Shown here: piece after piece, positions 52,001-64,000 of the stretch
Position numbering within the stretch: the stretch's first letter is position 1
Layout of the letters: each line of letters begins with the position of its first letter
Source: Tubiluchus corallicola
Taxonomy: Eukaryota; Animalia; Priapulida
Length of the DNA stretch: 64,000 nt
NCBI GenBank assembly: GCA_030141605.1
Contig: JAQGDQ010000055.1
Coordinates: forward strand, 682,001 to 746,000
Direction: 5' to 3'
Position numbers and translations under genes: made by a program
Notes under the pieces: generated by a model
Database searches by the model: none
What the model was told of the DNA's origin: nothing
What the model saw: only the letters and a program-made list of their open reading frames with translations

Positions 52001-55000
52001 ATTGAATTAGACAAAATCAAAATTGATTTTTGATAAATAAATTGAAAAGGGCTTTCAGTAACTGTAGTGTTTGCACGTAACAATATACAATATCATTTGT
52101 GTGAATTCGGCTAATGCAGAAAATGTCAACCATCCTGACACAACACTCTGATACCCTTTGGTTTCAAATCTACTCTATTTTTAAGGATAAACTACTGTTA
52201 GAAGATGAAAGGACCTGAATTTGTTCTTTTCTAATCTGTTGGTTTTTCCTGGAATAGCAGCAGAACACTGCACAGCTTGGGCTGTAGAAAGCAGGCGATC
52301 AATAAATTAGTGCATGCGATCACGCAAGTATACATCAGACTAAGCTACTCGATAGACTAAGTTGGAATGCCTGAAAGGGGCGTGTTTTTCTTAATTTTAT
52401 CCAATTGAATAACATGATTGGATAGCGATATTCTCCTGAATAGAACAGTACCTTATTTGTAATCATTTAGTTATGTATGTGCTCATACAGTAGCAGAAAA
52501 GTCAAAGCAAGACATTTTGAATGGTGGGGTCCTGAAGGAATTAAGTGCCGTGAGTAAAATTTCTGTCTGTACCAGTATAATGTGTACACTGCAGTACTGT
52601 TTTTGCAAAGAGATAGTGTGGAACTGTATGGTAAAGCTAAAGGAAATTTCCTTTGGGGTCAAAAAAATTTATATAATCTACATGTTTTAACTTATTAATT
52701 GTGGGTTTATTCAACCAAAACTTTTTTTCATGTTGTCTTCCTAAATGAACTGTCATTTGGTGCTTTTCAGATTGTAACTCAAGACCTGGTTGAAGTCCTT
52801 GGAGAAATCGGTCCTGGGCAGTCGTTTCGTGACATGTGCTTACTAGTTGATGATTATTCTATATGTACCATCCGTGCTGTAACGTATGTGGAGCTGTTAG
52901 TACTGAGGCGAAAAGATATGATGCAGTTGGTCAGCCAATATCCGATTATCAACAATCAGTTTCAGGCTCTGAAATGCTCTTTGCCAGATTTACAGGCAAA
53001 GATGAAGCAGCTTGGCAGTCGCTTGAACGCTGACACAGATGCAAGAGTAAGTTTATTAAATGATGATGTGCTCAGTTAAATCTTTGCACCTGATCAGCAG
53101 TGCTGCCTTTGTCTAGGTAATGTACAAGCCACGTACTTCTTAAAAGCTTCTTTTGTTGAAACCATTTATAGTTGTCAAAGAGTGGCAGTTTATTGGCACT
53201 GTGTTGCCTGTGTTGCACAATGCTAAAACTCCTCGACGTTAGTCTTTTCACTTGAAGTACAGATAATAAATAGATCTATTTGAAAATGAAATAGTTCTCA
53301 ACTGAGACTTGCCATGGTCATAAACTGTAAAACAAGTCAAAACTCAAAATGACCTTAAGGTTTCAAAAAATTTTTATGTTCTCCTTCAGAAGCTTTCTCC
53401 TTTTTCTCTCGCTTTTTGCTTTCTCGTGCGTAAATGGTTTATTTAGCAGTCATTGCTCTCATTTTGTTTACGTAATATGTATTTAACGTAAAGAAACTGA
53501 CAAAAGGACTCACTGAAACATAACATGTTGCTGAAGCTTGTGCATTTTACGTGTGACTAAAAGATATGTGCATACGTGCAAGTAACCCAATGCTTTGCAT
53601 TTGGAACTGGTTTTGTATTACACTCATACCTCGGTTTGCCAGTCAAAAGCGGGGCGACGTCGGTCCGAATTTGCCAGTTGTCTGTATTGTCCAATATTAA
53701 GCTAATACAGTATATTAGACTCATGGTAATGTAGAATCAATCGCCTAATTGTCTCAAAAACGTCTAGTACAGGCCACTCCTGTGCAAAAGTGTATAAAAA
53801 CTGTCGGCAGTTGACTCGAATAGTTCCGCATAATTGATTCTATATTTTTATACATAGAGATATACATGTGGTTACACTGATGTACGTGATGTAAACAAAG
53901 TGACCACATGCCATCTAGCGGTCAGCTTGTGAAACAACGGACTGTGGGACTTTTAACGGACCAGATTTTATCCGATATCTGTAAAAGCAAAGTCCGGCAA
54001 ACCGAGATATGAGTGTAGTTTCTTTCTCCTTTTGTCTTTTTTTGCTTCTTTGGCTTTTTCCTTTTTCAAAAAGCTTTCTTTTTTCCCTCAAAAGTTTATA
54101 ATAGATACTCTAACAGTTGTAAATCAGAGTAAAAACCCAGTTAATGTTGAAGTTCAGGTGCTATTTTTCAGGTGCGTTCATTCTTGGATATTAGCGTTAG
54201 TAAGCCGGATGCATCTGTGGGCGCTTCCTCTTTTAGAACATCCTCATCACCAAATACAACTGATAATCTTGAAGAAGACAATGCATTTATTCGTTTCTTC
54301 TTGTTATCGTAAGAATTAGTATAATTATTATTTCATTTAATAAGACGTAAAATTTCATTGTGCTGTTTCCTTGGTTATTTGTGGCAGTTCATCATATTTT
54401 TTTTGTGACATCGTTAGTGAATTAAGTACATGAATTAAAACTTCTGTTCTTTGCATAAAATTACTGCAATACATTAAGCTGACAGTCTTTGTCAGCTGCT
54501 TCATGCTAACACCTGTATAGTGAACTACAAAATAAAGGGCTCAATACTTCTGGTAATGCTGTGCATTTAATTAGTGAGTAAAATACATTCTTTTTTGGAG
54601 TGACAGTTCAAACTGTCTGAAATAAAAGATTAATGGACAGTACTTTATTTTTGACTAATTGCTATCTCAGCAGGCTTTTTATTTGTTTAACAGAACGACG
54701 TACCTGCCTAACAGTCGGTTTGCCGTGATGTGGGTTTCTGTACAGTTTGTTGTTGCAGTTCTAGTTTGCTTTTGCGTTCCACTACAGGCATCCGTTTTTC
54801 ATCGTAGTCTCTGTATTTGGATCATTGGATATGTACTGGATGTACTTATTATCACAAACATGTAAGGGATAGCAGCGTGCCTTCACATGACTGTGTTTAC
54901 ATTTTAAAATCCAAGGTTCACGTTTGTCAGAAAGCTAAAAACCAGTCCATTGACATACCTTTTCTTATACCCTTTCATAACCTTTTGCGTGGTATGGGGA

Positions 55001-58000
55001 GGGGACTGTTAGAAAGACAACAAGTAAAAGTATAGACCAACTTATTATGCCAAAGTATTGCTCAAACAGTAGTGAATCTATCGTGCCCTCAAAATTTGTT
55101 GTAGAAGCATTGTATGTTTCGCACAGCCTGTCATTGTGAGTCCATGATGGGAACAATGACTCATAGCACTCAATTTTCGCTTTATTTAAAGTAATTTAGG
55201 CAAGATTCTTCTGTGGTTTTTGATATCTAGGAGAAAAGAAAAGACAAATTGGATAAACACTAGTAAAACCTCGGAAAAATGCTATCGAAAATAAAATTTT
55301 GGCTACAAAATTTAATAAAATTCACTGAAACCAAAACTTAACCGAAAGTGCTATTATCGGCAAACAAAAACGAAAATTTTGGTTCATTAACATCCCTGCT
55401 GGCCACATAATGGATTCAGTACTATTCCAGTAGTACTTTGATGTAATAAATTGTTTTCTACTGTTACTCATTGCTTCTGAAACCACCAGCTGACAGAGCA
55501 TTATGTAGCTCGCTGCATTAAATCCAGGAATGTTTTTTGAGACAATACATTTTTGTAGTATTTTGAGTTTGCTTTATTTTCATTAGATTCAAAAAAACTT
55601 TGACACAACCAATTTATATAAACAGTGTTTAACAATGTTATGATGAACGATTGTTAAGACAGATTAAAAATAGTCTTTGAGACAAAAAAGCGTTCTAACC
55701 TTTTTCGTTTTAGGTATGTGAAGCTGCACACCTGTTACTATGACAATAATAACCAGCTTATAACACACCCGGTGTCCACTGCAAGACATTACTTCAGGAC
55801 AGGTTTTTGGATAGACTTTGTGTCTGTCGTTCCATTTGAGATTATTCCGTTGTTTCTGTCTATTTTTATTCACCATAACGTGAGTGTGCTGAACATCATG
55901 GCCGTGTGTCGTATAAATCGCTTAATTTGTTGTTGCTGCCACCTTCACCTTACGTTTAGTTTTCTGGAAGAAAGTATGGAACATGATTGTGTTCTGGTCA
56001 GGTATAGTTTAACATTTGTAGTGTATCAAGTATCTTTATGATGTTGATTGCCAGTTTTTACTTGTTGCTGTTTGTTTGTTCAGTAAATATTTTACTTGAA
56101 CGTTTTGTGCCAGTTTATATATATTAAGTACATTATATTAAGCTGATGAGCACTATTATTGGGATTCAGCAAGTGCACTCTATCTTAGATGCAGGACGTT
56201 TGTCTTCTGTATTTCGGTTCAACTACATTTTTTTTATTTTAGAAAAATCAAGTTTCTGCTTTATTCGCTAATCTTCGTCAATCTCATGGCTTGCAAGATG
56301 TTTGGAAGAGCATGCGGTCCGCTACTGCAACTGTTTAGTCAAGACAAGCCAACTGCAGAATCTTGTTTCCGTGACTACTGGATGCGAAGAGTCAATTTTA
56401 CTTTAGAAGTACGACTGTGAATATGGCTTTAACTAGATGTGTTACTGCACTTTACTACTTCTACTTCTACTTCTACTTCTACTTCTACTACTGCTTTTCC
56501 ACTTTTTAGTTATATGCTAATAATTTGTAAACTGTCCATTTGCTACATCTGATCCTTAAGCCAGTTTTTGCCTGTTTCATTTCTAAAAGCCATTGAGTTG
56601 TCTGGTGATTCTTATCAATATTTATTCAGATTGTCTGCATGAAAGCTTGAATATTTTAAAACCTTGCAGTACATTATATAAAAAATGCAGACAATTTCTC
56701 TGTTTGAAATGCTGCATCAAGTTTGTTTTTCAAAGTGCAGTATTGTGCAGCTGTTAAGAGGTGGTTAAATAGTTACACTTTAGTCGTTACCATTTACAAA
56801 GTGTAGACATCTAGCCGATTTGTAAACATTAATAACAACATGAGGACTAGAAAAGGGGTAACTGAAGTAGGTTTCAGAAAATTGCCTTTAAAAATTATAT
56901 ATATTACTTTATAGCAATTTTATGCATATATCGTACTCGCGTTGAAAGGTATCTTTGTTTGTTTTCATTTTAAATTTCCCACAGTACTGGTCCAAAGTCG
57001 CCATTACATGATGTCATTACGCACAATGTAAGTCAGGGTGAAGGAAAGGAAATGTTAAACTATGTCTCAAAAAATTTTCCATGCAAATCTATATTGCTTA
57101 GAATTTCGCTTGCCTGCTTGATAAACTTATGTAACTAGAAAAGAAAATTCTTGAAAATTTAAAATGTTCGCGCCAGTTAGTAAAATGTCGCTGACTCACT
57201 CATCAAAAATTTATTTTTAAACTTAATGATAAGATACAGTAATTGAAAATCTTACTTAGTTAGTAATGTGTGCGCTATAAATGTTCTGATTATTTTTGCA
57301 AGCTTCACTCAGTATTATCTAAACTTGTTTCAAATGACTTATTGTCAAAATTTCTGCGCCTACAGTTTTATACAGCGTAAGTGAGTCATGTAAGTGATAT
57401 AAAATTTGAGAAATTTTTTAAGTTTTATGTAAATGGAAGGTGTTCCTGTGCTTTAAGTTTTCTTTCACTGTGTATTTTGAACTGAGTTCACATTTAACTC
57501 AGTAAACTCACATAACTTTAAATCGAATTATTGTTTACTGCAGGATGAAAGTTGGTACGTTAACTATGTGGCTAGCTTATACTGGGCGTCGTCTACTGTC
57601 ATGTCAGTAGGCTTCGGAGACATTCATGCAGAATCTTTGTCGGATGTTGGGCTCACAATGGCAATGATGGTTGCTGGTTCTCTGTTCTTTGCTTATGCAA
57701 TTGGAAGCCTTGCAGCAAGTTTCACTAATGCAGATTCAATCAGAGTTTCTTATCTGACGAAAACACTTGTTCTGCGTGACTTCATGCAGGTGATCTGAAC
57801 AAAATTAATTAACTTGTAAAATTTCAAAGTTGTGTAACGTCTTGACCTTGAATTGCATGACATGCAAACCAGATAAAACTAGTGGACTTTATTATCAAAA
57901 CCTGTGGTAAGATTCTGCTTCTGTGCTAGCAGATACTTTGAATGACAGCTTTTGCTTTGTATTTACGATTAAAAAATGTTTTTCAAAATAATTAACTAGT

Positions 58001-61000
58001 AAGTATGGTTGTGCTTATTATTAGCCACGGTTACTTGACACTGGAAGCATTGATGTCCCCGACCCCCTCCCGATTTCGGATTTTGCACCGTAGCGGAACA
58101 TTTTGCCTCACACAAATGGCCCACATTTAGCCAACACATCTAACCACACCAAAATTGTGGCCCTGTCTTAAAAAATGTAGTAGTGATCCAGTCTGACGAA
58201 AGAAAGCCCTGCCATTCTGTGACCTATCACCTGTTTGTTGACCATATAAATATAAATCACCCTAGCTGGGGAGTGTATTCTGCGAATTTCATGACCCTAG
58301 CCCTGTACATGAGTTATTATTAAGAGAAAGAAAAAGGCTCAAATAATAATAAAGAAGTAAAGAAGAAAGAAAGAAAAACCGTAGATAAATCAAGAAATTT
58401 CTGCTCTAAAGTACAATCTTAATTATCTGCTGTTTACTTCAATATAAAAATTTAGAATTTTGTAAGAACACCAATTTAGTTCTCAAAAGTAGTATCTCAG
58501 AAGTGTTTTGGTTTCTTAGCCATGGACTAAAATGAATGTTTGATGGAATTATTAAATAGTTTTCTGATTTTTTATAGATTTTGTTTTACTTCAGACAGAA
58601 AAAATGGATCCCACACTCATCAAGCGAGTGATGGGTCATTATAAACATCTGTGGCACCATGCAAAGGGAATAGATGCAAAGTACTTGTTTGAAAGCTTGC
58701 CCCCTTCAATGATGGGAGACGTAACATTGTCACTTTATGATTTTGTTATTAGTAAGGTATATTTTTCACTTGGCATTTATGCAAAAAGTATGTACTGTTT
58801 TCTTTTTAAAGCAAATATACAATTTCTATTACTAAAAATCGCATGTCTATGTGTGTTTATGCCTACTGGACTACCTAACTTGTAGCAGTGGGACTGACTA
58901 ATCGATTTAATCAATTATAATTGATTGGGCTTTTATTTTGCATCAGCGATTATTTTTTCAGCTTTCGCGTAAATCCAATACATTGTCAATACAATTTGCA
59001 CTTGTTTTTCGGAAAAACTGTGTAAAATCGTGCAATAAACATGGCCGTCTTTGTGGTAAAATCAAGCAATATGGCACTTACGTTGTGCAATGGCTTATCG
59101 TCTTAGCGAAACTGCTTAGATGTGAAGGTTTCTTATAAGCACAAGGGCACATGGTTTTTGTAAACAAAAATAACTTGTATAAGCATACACACGACAACAA
59201 CAGTTTTGTTGGACTCTTTTGCGAACTGTAAACTAATGAAGTAAACTTAATAATTTAAAACTCTTTCATAACTTTCTACAATTTTTACTCTTTCTGTCAA
59301 TATTGGTTAAAACAGCAGTGGTTAAGATAATAAAGTTGTTTGTTAAAAGTGCTTTTTGTTAAAAGTTTGGAAATTACTCTCATTTTTTATGCCTAAAAAC
59401 TGGATTTCGTATCCGATTAATCAATTATGAAAATGAAACTGACATCCCACCACTACTAACTTGTGTGTTGGGCACCTGTTTAATATAAAACATTTCAAAT
59501 ACCATGAATTCTTTTAGTTGTATATTGGTAGAAACCTGTTAGTATAAGTCATATATGAATATTATTTAAAAAAATTCCTTGTACCTCAATATAACTTTTT
59601 CTGCTATACTGAGATATGCCAGCTCCAAGATCAAAGCTTTTAGTAATATATAATTTTCTGTCGTTATACATACACACGGAGTGACTGGGTTACAAATTTG
59701 TATATACAGTAGGTGCCGCTTAATACACTCACATTTGGATAGAAGTATTTTGACCCAATTAACCGACTGAATGCAATTATTTTTTAAGAATACTAATTTG
59801 TATGAGTGAATTAATAAAAAAGTAAAAAGAAAAATCGCTCAGATCTGATTATTACCACTAAAACTTACAAACAATCATGTAAGGATGGTTGCTTCATTTC
59901 TTCACGGAGAAGTTGGTTTATGAAAGTTTCTAATACTGATAAAAACGTTGAAAATCTGTTGCTGTATGCTGTACATATTCACTCAAAACACATAGTCACC
60001 TAATGCTTGAACTGCAGTTGGTGATGACCTTGTTTATCCTGTGGAAATCAGCAGTAGGCCAGAAGCTTCAAAAGCACGCCACTGGGCAAGTAATTAAATG
60101 TTTAGCATCCAGAACAACAAGGTTAACTGCAGTGGGCAAGCGGCTGACTGATTCAAAGCCAAATTGCTAGGCTAGCGTAATGGATGCATGTGATAAACAT
60201 ACATGCTTACAAACAAAGCTGTATTTAACGTGACTGTTAACTACGTATATTATAGTGCACAAAAGCAAAGTAAAAGATGACGTTAAAGTAGTAAAAGCTC
60301 TTTAGTCACACACTAATGTCTTATTCTAAGTATGTGAAGGAAAATATTGAGTTAATTATGAGGAGTTATTTGAGTCAATTACTGGTGGTTTTTATATATA
60401 TTTGAATATGCCTGGCGAATTTGAGTCAATTAAGCGACTGATTCTATTAACTGTGAGTCTAATAAACGGTGCCTACTGTATTTGTAATTTAGTTTAACAT
60501 AGAGTAGCCGCTTATTTCTTCCTTACTGTACACAAACTTTCATTAAATTACAAGTGCGGTCAAAGAAATTAGCAGCTCTGAAAACTTTATTACATACAAC
60601 ATCAATGCACACATTTGTGTGGGACTATGGTTGTCAGTCGTGTGAGTTACTTGGTTGTAAAAAGTCATTTTTTATGTCAATGAATAATTGAATACTTGCG
60701 ATTAATTTTTGGAAGCTTTAAGAAGGTATATCTGTTCTACTTAATTGATAATACATTTAAGTTTATGTTGAGCTTATAAGCACCAGTGGCGGCTTAGCTA
60801 AAATTACTGATGGTCCTGTTTCAGAAAATGTTTACCCATTATTTTAGTACTGTGTAAAACGAAACAAATATGTGTAATTTTAGTGTTGTAATTTGTAATT
60901 GTAATTAAAGCCAAACAAACATTCGAAAATTTATACACAAACTTGATAAAACCCTAAACAAAAATATTATTTGCTTGCGAATAGCCTAAATTGTCGCAGT

Positions 61001-64000
61001 TCAAGAATATGCCGATACACGGCTTTTAAGCACGTGACAACGGACAACAGACTGCATGAGCAAGAGTACTCTTCTTGCGTAAAGTGCAGCATCTTATCTC
61101 AGACATGTGCGCATGGCCGCATGCACACAGCAGCCAAACACCATGTTGCTTGAGCTGTGATTGCACTGCACTTGGCTGTGAAGCAATGGTACTACCTCAC
61201 GTGCTCTGTACCGTACAGTATAAAAGAAAGAACTAAAGAAAAAAGATTTATTATATTGAATATTATCGATAATATTGAGTGAAAATAGGGGTTGCTGCAT
61301 TTCCACATTACCTATACACGAGCCGCCACTAATAAGCACTATTATTGCAATTGGACAGACTTTGTCAAATTATTTCTTCACCATTCAAAACGATTAGGAA
61401 GGCTTTTTCGTAGATACGTACGGAAATGTTTTTTCGAAAAGACTTCTCTGCTTGAAAATGTTTCTAACATTTTTAGTGATTATGCAATTTATAGAAAGGC
61501 AGGTTTTCTAAGATGTGCTGTTAATGCATTTATAACAGATTCCAGAATTTAAAGAAACTGATCTTGGCTTCCGCAAGTTACTATCGACATCAGTAAGGCC
61601 GTTGTATGTAATGAAAGGGGAATATGTTGTACGCAAGCATGACGTTGGCTATGAGGTAAGTTATTCTTAAAATCATGTGTTGTTATTTAAATTCCATTTA
61701 ATATTGAAATCATTAATATTAAAAACTGCTCAAAGCTTGTCAATACTTTTCTTATAATCTCTGACTTTTGCAGATATGTAACGTTTTTTGTTTATTTGCT
61801 ATTTTAGATATATTTCATTCAACGGGGCACTGTCGCTGTTGTTTCAGAGGACAGTGGACGAATATATGACACAATGACCACAGGGAGCTTCTTTGGAGAA
61901 ATTGCAGTTTTATACGGGACAAGGCGCAATGCGTCTGTGAGGTTAGCTATAATACATAGTAATTTAACTCTTTCCTTGGCCTTTTTTATTAGTCTCTGTT
62001 CTGTGTCTTTACAAAACTAGCATCCGTGTTCCTGCTTCTATTGAAGAGTTTATCTTGTGCAGGAATTCAAAATTCATTGTTTTATGTTTGGAATAAATTT
62101 AATTCAAAATTCATTTATGTTACAGAGCCGAGCAAAACTGTGATCTTTTTGTGCTGCACAAGGATGCTTTGGACAGCGTTTTGGAACTTTATCCAAACGT
62201 TAAGAAACAAGTTTATGCGATAGCGAGGAAGAGACGTGAAGCAGCTACTGAACGCAGTGAACTCTTTCTTCAAGCAGATCGAAGGGTAAGTAAATTATTG
62301 TTATTTTGTTTAGTCAAGGTAAGTTTAATCTTACTCTTAAAGTAAAACTAAGCATATCTGGTATTTTAAACGAGCAGATTGTTTTATTACAACAAGATAT
62401 AGTGAGAATAGACAGTAAGTCGCTTGAACTAGTGCGAGGTTTTGCCAATTTTAGTTTTAAGTTTAGTCTTTTGAGATGACAAGTTTGCTGGCTTTAATCT
62501 GGTTTGGCATTTTGTTTTATTTTGGCATTTTCCAAACGTGACAGAAAGTGCTTTTAACTGAAGGGTGACTTGCAAAGAGTTAACCACTCGGTATCAAAAC
62601 TGAATACGAAGTTTGCAAACTTATGTATGCAGAAATGCTTTAAATGCTGTTTTAATATGGTCAAAGCTGCTTTCAAAGCGAATTTATCTTAATTACTGCT
62701 TTGTTGTGCATCTAACTTTATGGTTTATTTTTGTTTGTTTGTTTACAGAGTTCTTTTCAACTAGCTGGAGTGAGTCGTAAGTAAACTAACCTGCGATTGC
62801 ACCTTTAATCCTATTAGGGATAGTCAATTAAGTAGCTTGTTTACCTTAATGCAGAGATTAGTTTTTCAACACAAAGTGTGTTAACAGAGTTAATGTGTTG
62901 TGTGCGAAAGCGACCACAAGAGTTAAGCTAATGACACATCTGCGATTCGCGTACACGTTTAGCGTCTCTGGTGTTACGCGCTGCTCAAGGTGATATGCTA
63001 GGTTAGATTGACTGGGTTGGCACGTACGCGTGTCATGCAAGAAATGCAGTACTTGCTTATTTGGCAGGAGTTTGTGTAATCCTGTTTACTGTGAGTGATG
63101 CAGATAAAAAAATTATTTGTCTGATGATTGTTGCTTAGACAAAAAAGAAGAAGAAGAAGAAAAAAATATAATTTGGCAGCATGAGGTATAAACACGGCGC
63201 TTATCATAGACTATTGCCTGATCTACAATCTTGTGATTTATTTGCGTTCAAATTTTTTTTATGAATGGATGTTCAAACCCTCAGTGAATTAGTTGACTTG
63301 ATTATGCCTTTCATTGAACATCAGAACACTAAATTTAGATACTGTGCGTCACGTGCAGTGGTTATACCGGCAGATGCTTGGCAGCTGCATTGCTGACATC
63401 ACACATGCAAGCAGCCTTCTCTCGAAAAATAGAAGGCCTTCGCAAGCAGTCGCAAACACGCGTTCCAGCGGCCTAATAGCTTGAAAGCAAGTATTTATAT
63501 TTTAGGTGTAACTAGCCGCGCAAGTGAATCGCTAATGCAGATGTATCATTAGCTTTACACTATTCTGCCTTAACATTCAGTAATAATACTGTGCTGTTAT
63601 TGTAAAACAGATTTTTCATGTTTTTAAAATTCCATCCATCAACAGTGAATGTTGAAATGTTTAGGCAGAACAGTCAGAACAACTTGGTAGTAAGTTTGAA
63701 TTGTTGTCACAATGGGACCTGTGATCAAGTGGAAACAGTTATAGGTATTGTTTGTGATCTACATGACTATAATCATTTTGGAATTACTGCTGAGTGCCCA
63801 TCCCTAGTTGTTTTTTAATTTTTTATTAGTGTTGATGGTATTTCATACAAATTGGTGCCTTCAGCAATTTGTTTTGTGACTTTTGAGTTATGCCTTTCCC
63901 ATGATATTCTGCATTAACTGGAGGGCTCCATCATCTTTCACATATTATTTAGGCTACAGCGGTATTGCTGCTGGTCCTGTGCTGCTATTGTGATCAGCAA
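30950..64000 (+). CDS. Gene B: multi-repeat cyclic-nucleotide-gated K+ channel (CNGK/tetraKCNG-like), three complete repeats, 3'-incomplete
   Basis: Exons 30950-31400, 32973-33155, 34469-34544, 34653-34830, 35455-35619, 36600-36743, 37368-37433, 37681-37795, 38628-38701, 40249-40395, 41411-41660, 43009-43181, 43962-44089, 45191-45257, 45587-45864, 48378-48494, 50511-50610, 51121-51267, 52771-53046, 54172-54308, 54694-54861, 55714-56001, 56243-56408, 57544-57789, 58595-58756, 61539-61655, 61808-61941, 62126-62285 sum to 4713 nt (1571 codons) with no stops. Tentative further exons 62749-62776, 63506-63542 and 63953->64000. Pores TSTGFGD, TRTGFGD and MSVGFGD; three CNBDs. Confidence 0.92.
33560..34140 (+). 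mobile_element. Decayed 5'-truncated LINE (3' end of an RT-containing ORF plus 3' UTR)
   Basis: Broken translation LFIAYCCAFYGSS...CRKAVHRILGIPYNSHS resembles the post-RT C-terminus of invertebrate LINEs; ends GAATAAA followed by a short TAT tail. Confidence 0.55.
40610..40960 (+). repeat. Dispersed repeat, second copy at ~43340-43640
   Basis: Shared blocks GCTTGGATC.GGCA, CATTTCTTGTAAAGTTAAT, ATCCATTTAATGGGCAT and GGAAAAGTGAAAAATC.GGCTCT. Confidence 0.65.
41411..53046 (+). CDS. Gene B repeat II (6TM, GFGD pore, degenerate CNBD2)
   Basis: GIIDPGSRFSSIW.., S4 AKLNRVIKLWK, IYWAVATTTRTGFGDL, VPLFQEL..FRPEEIVVYAGDLGSEMYCIRRGICE|IV..GQSFRDMCLL..TIRAVTYVELLVL. Confidence 0.92.
42114..42789 (+). 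mobile_element. piggyBac-like MITE family PB1
   Basis: Perfect 12-bp TIR CTCCTTCAGGAC / GTCCTGAAGGAG with ATAA and TTAA flanks. Confidence 0.8.
46021..46095. repeat. (TAA)n/(TTA)n microsatellite
   Basis: Directly visible. Confidence 0.9.
46280..48165. repeat. Intronic minisatellite of ~33-34 units of 53-59 bp
   Basis: Consensus GAGTAAGTAGAGACTGGCAAGCAGAAAGAAAAAGAGCTGTAGCTTAACTAACATG (55 bp), with a 53-bp variant at the left and a 59-bp variant (CCAATAAAGGATGCTGTATATATAG) at the right. Confidence 0.97.
49303..49869 (+). mobile_element. Kolobok-like MITE family K2
   Basis: TTAAAGGAAGACAGGG ... CCGGTTTTGCTTTAA; related copies at 24508-24919, ~27650-28267 and ~22830-23053. Confidence 0.7.
51832..52540 (+). 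mobile_element. piggyBac-like MITE family PB1
   Basis: TTAA|CTCCTTCAGGACC ... GGTCCTGAAGGAA|TTAA; colinear with the 42114 copy. Confidence 0.8.
53621..54015. mobile_element. Tc1/mariner-like MITE family M2
   Basis: TA|CACTCATACCTCGGTTTGCCAG ... TCCGGCAAACCGAGATATGAGTG|TA; inverted partial copies at ~39130-39372 and ~44370-44688. Confidence 0.75.
54694..62285 (+). CDS. Gene B repeat III (6TM, GFGD pore, intact CNBD3)
   Basis: TYLPNSRFAVMW.., FWIDFVSVVPFE, LYWASSTVMSVGFGDI, LFESLPPSMMGDV, KGEYVVRKHDVGYE|IYFIQRGTV..GSFFGEIAVLYGTRRNASVR|AEQNCDLFVL. Confidence 0.92.
56843..57456 (+). mobile_element. Kolobok-like MITE family K1
   Basis: Colinear with the 23052 and 28300 copies; ends CCTGTGCTTTAA. 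Confidence 0.65.
58883..59455. mobile_element. hAT-type non-autonomous element
   Basis: Perfect 8-bp TSD CTAACTTG (58875-58882 and 59456-59463); TIR TAGCAGTGGGA / TCCCACCACTA. Confidence 0.75.
59707..60478. mobile_element. Tc1/mariner(pogo)-like non-autonomous element, family M1
   Basis: TA|CAGTAGGTGCCGCTTAATACACTCAC ... GTGAGTCTAATAAACGGTGCCTACTG|TA. Confidence 0.7.

Noticed and set aside
58020-58400. GC-richer segment resembling a non-autonomous Helitron-like element
   Set aside because: Single copy in the window, with no termini I could define confidently.

Overview
AT-rich, intron-rich eukaryotic DNA, most likely from an invertebrate animal (inference). Most of the window is two paralogous multi-exon ion-channel genes arranged head-to-head. 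Gene A (minus strand, ATG 27327) has 20 coding exons traced to 3734 and presumably continues left of the window. Gene B (plus strand, ATG 30950) has 28 firmly traced exons, 1571 codons to 62285, and continues past 64000. Each encodes tandem [S1-S6 + K+ pore + C-linker + CNBD] repeats in one polypeptide, the architecture of the four-repeat CNGK/tetraKCNG sperm K+ channels. Three complete repeats are visible in B and about 1.6 in A. The short region between their 5' ends holds two RFX X-box-like motifs, suggesting a bidirectional ciliary/flagellar promoter. Only CNBD3 of B has an intact phosphate-binding cassette. A uses GYGD filters and has extra glycosylated turret exons, while B uses GFGD. 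A frameshifted THAP/P-element transposase lies at the left edge, apparently in an intron of A. Introns hold several MITE families, a LINE remnant, microsatellites and a ~1.9 kb minisatellite. All gene models were spliced by eye and no database search was run.
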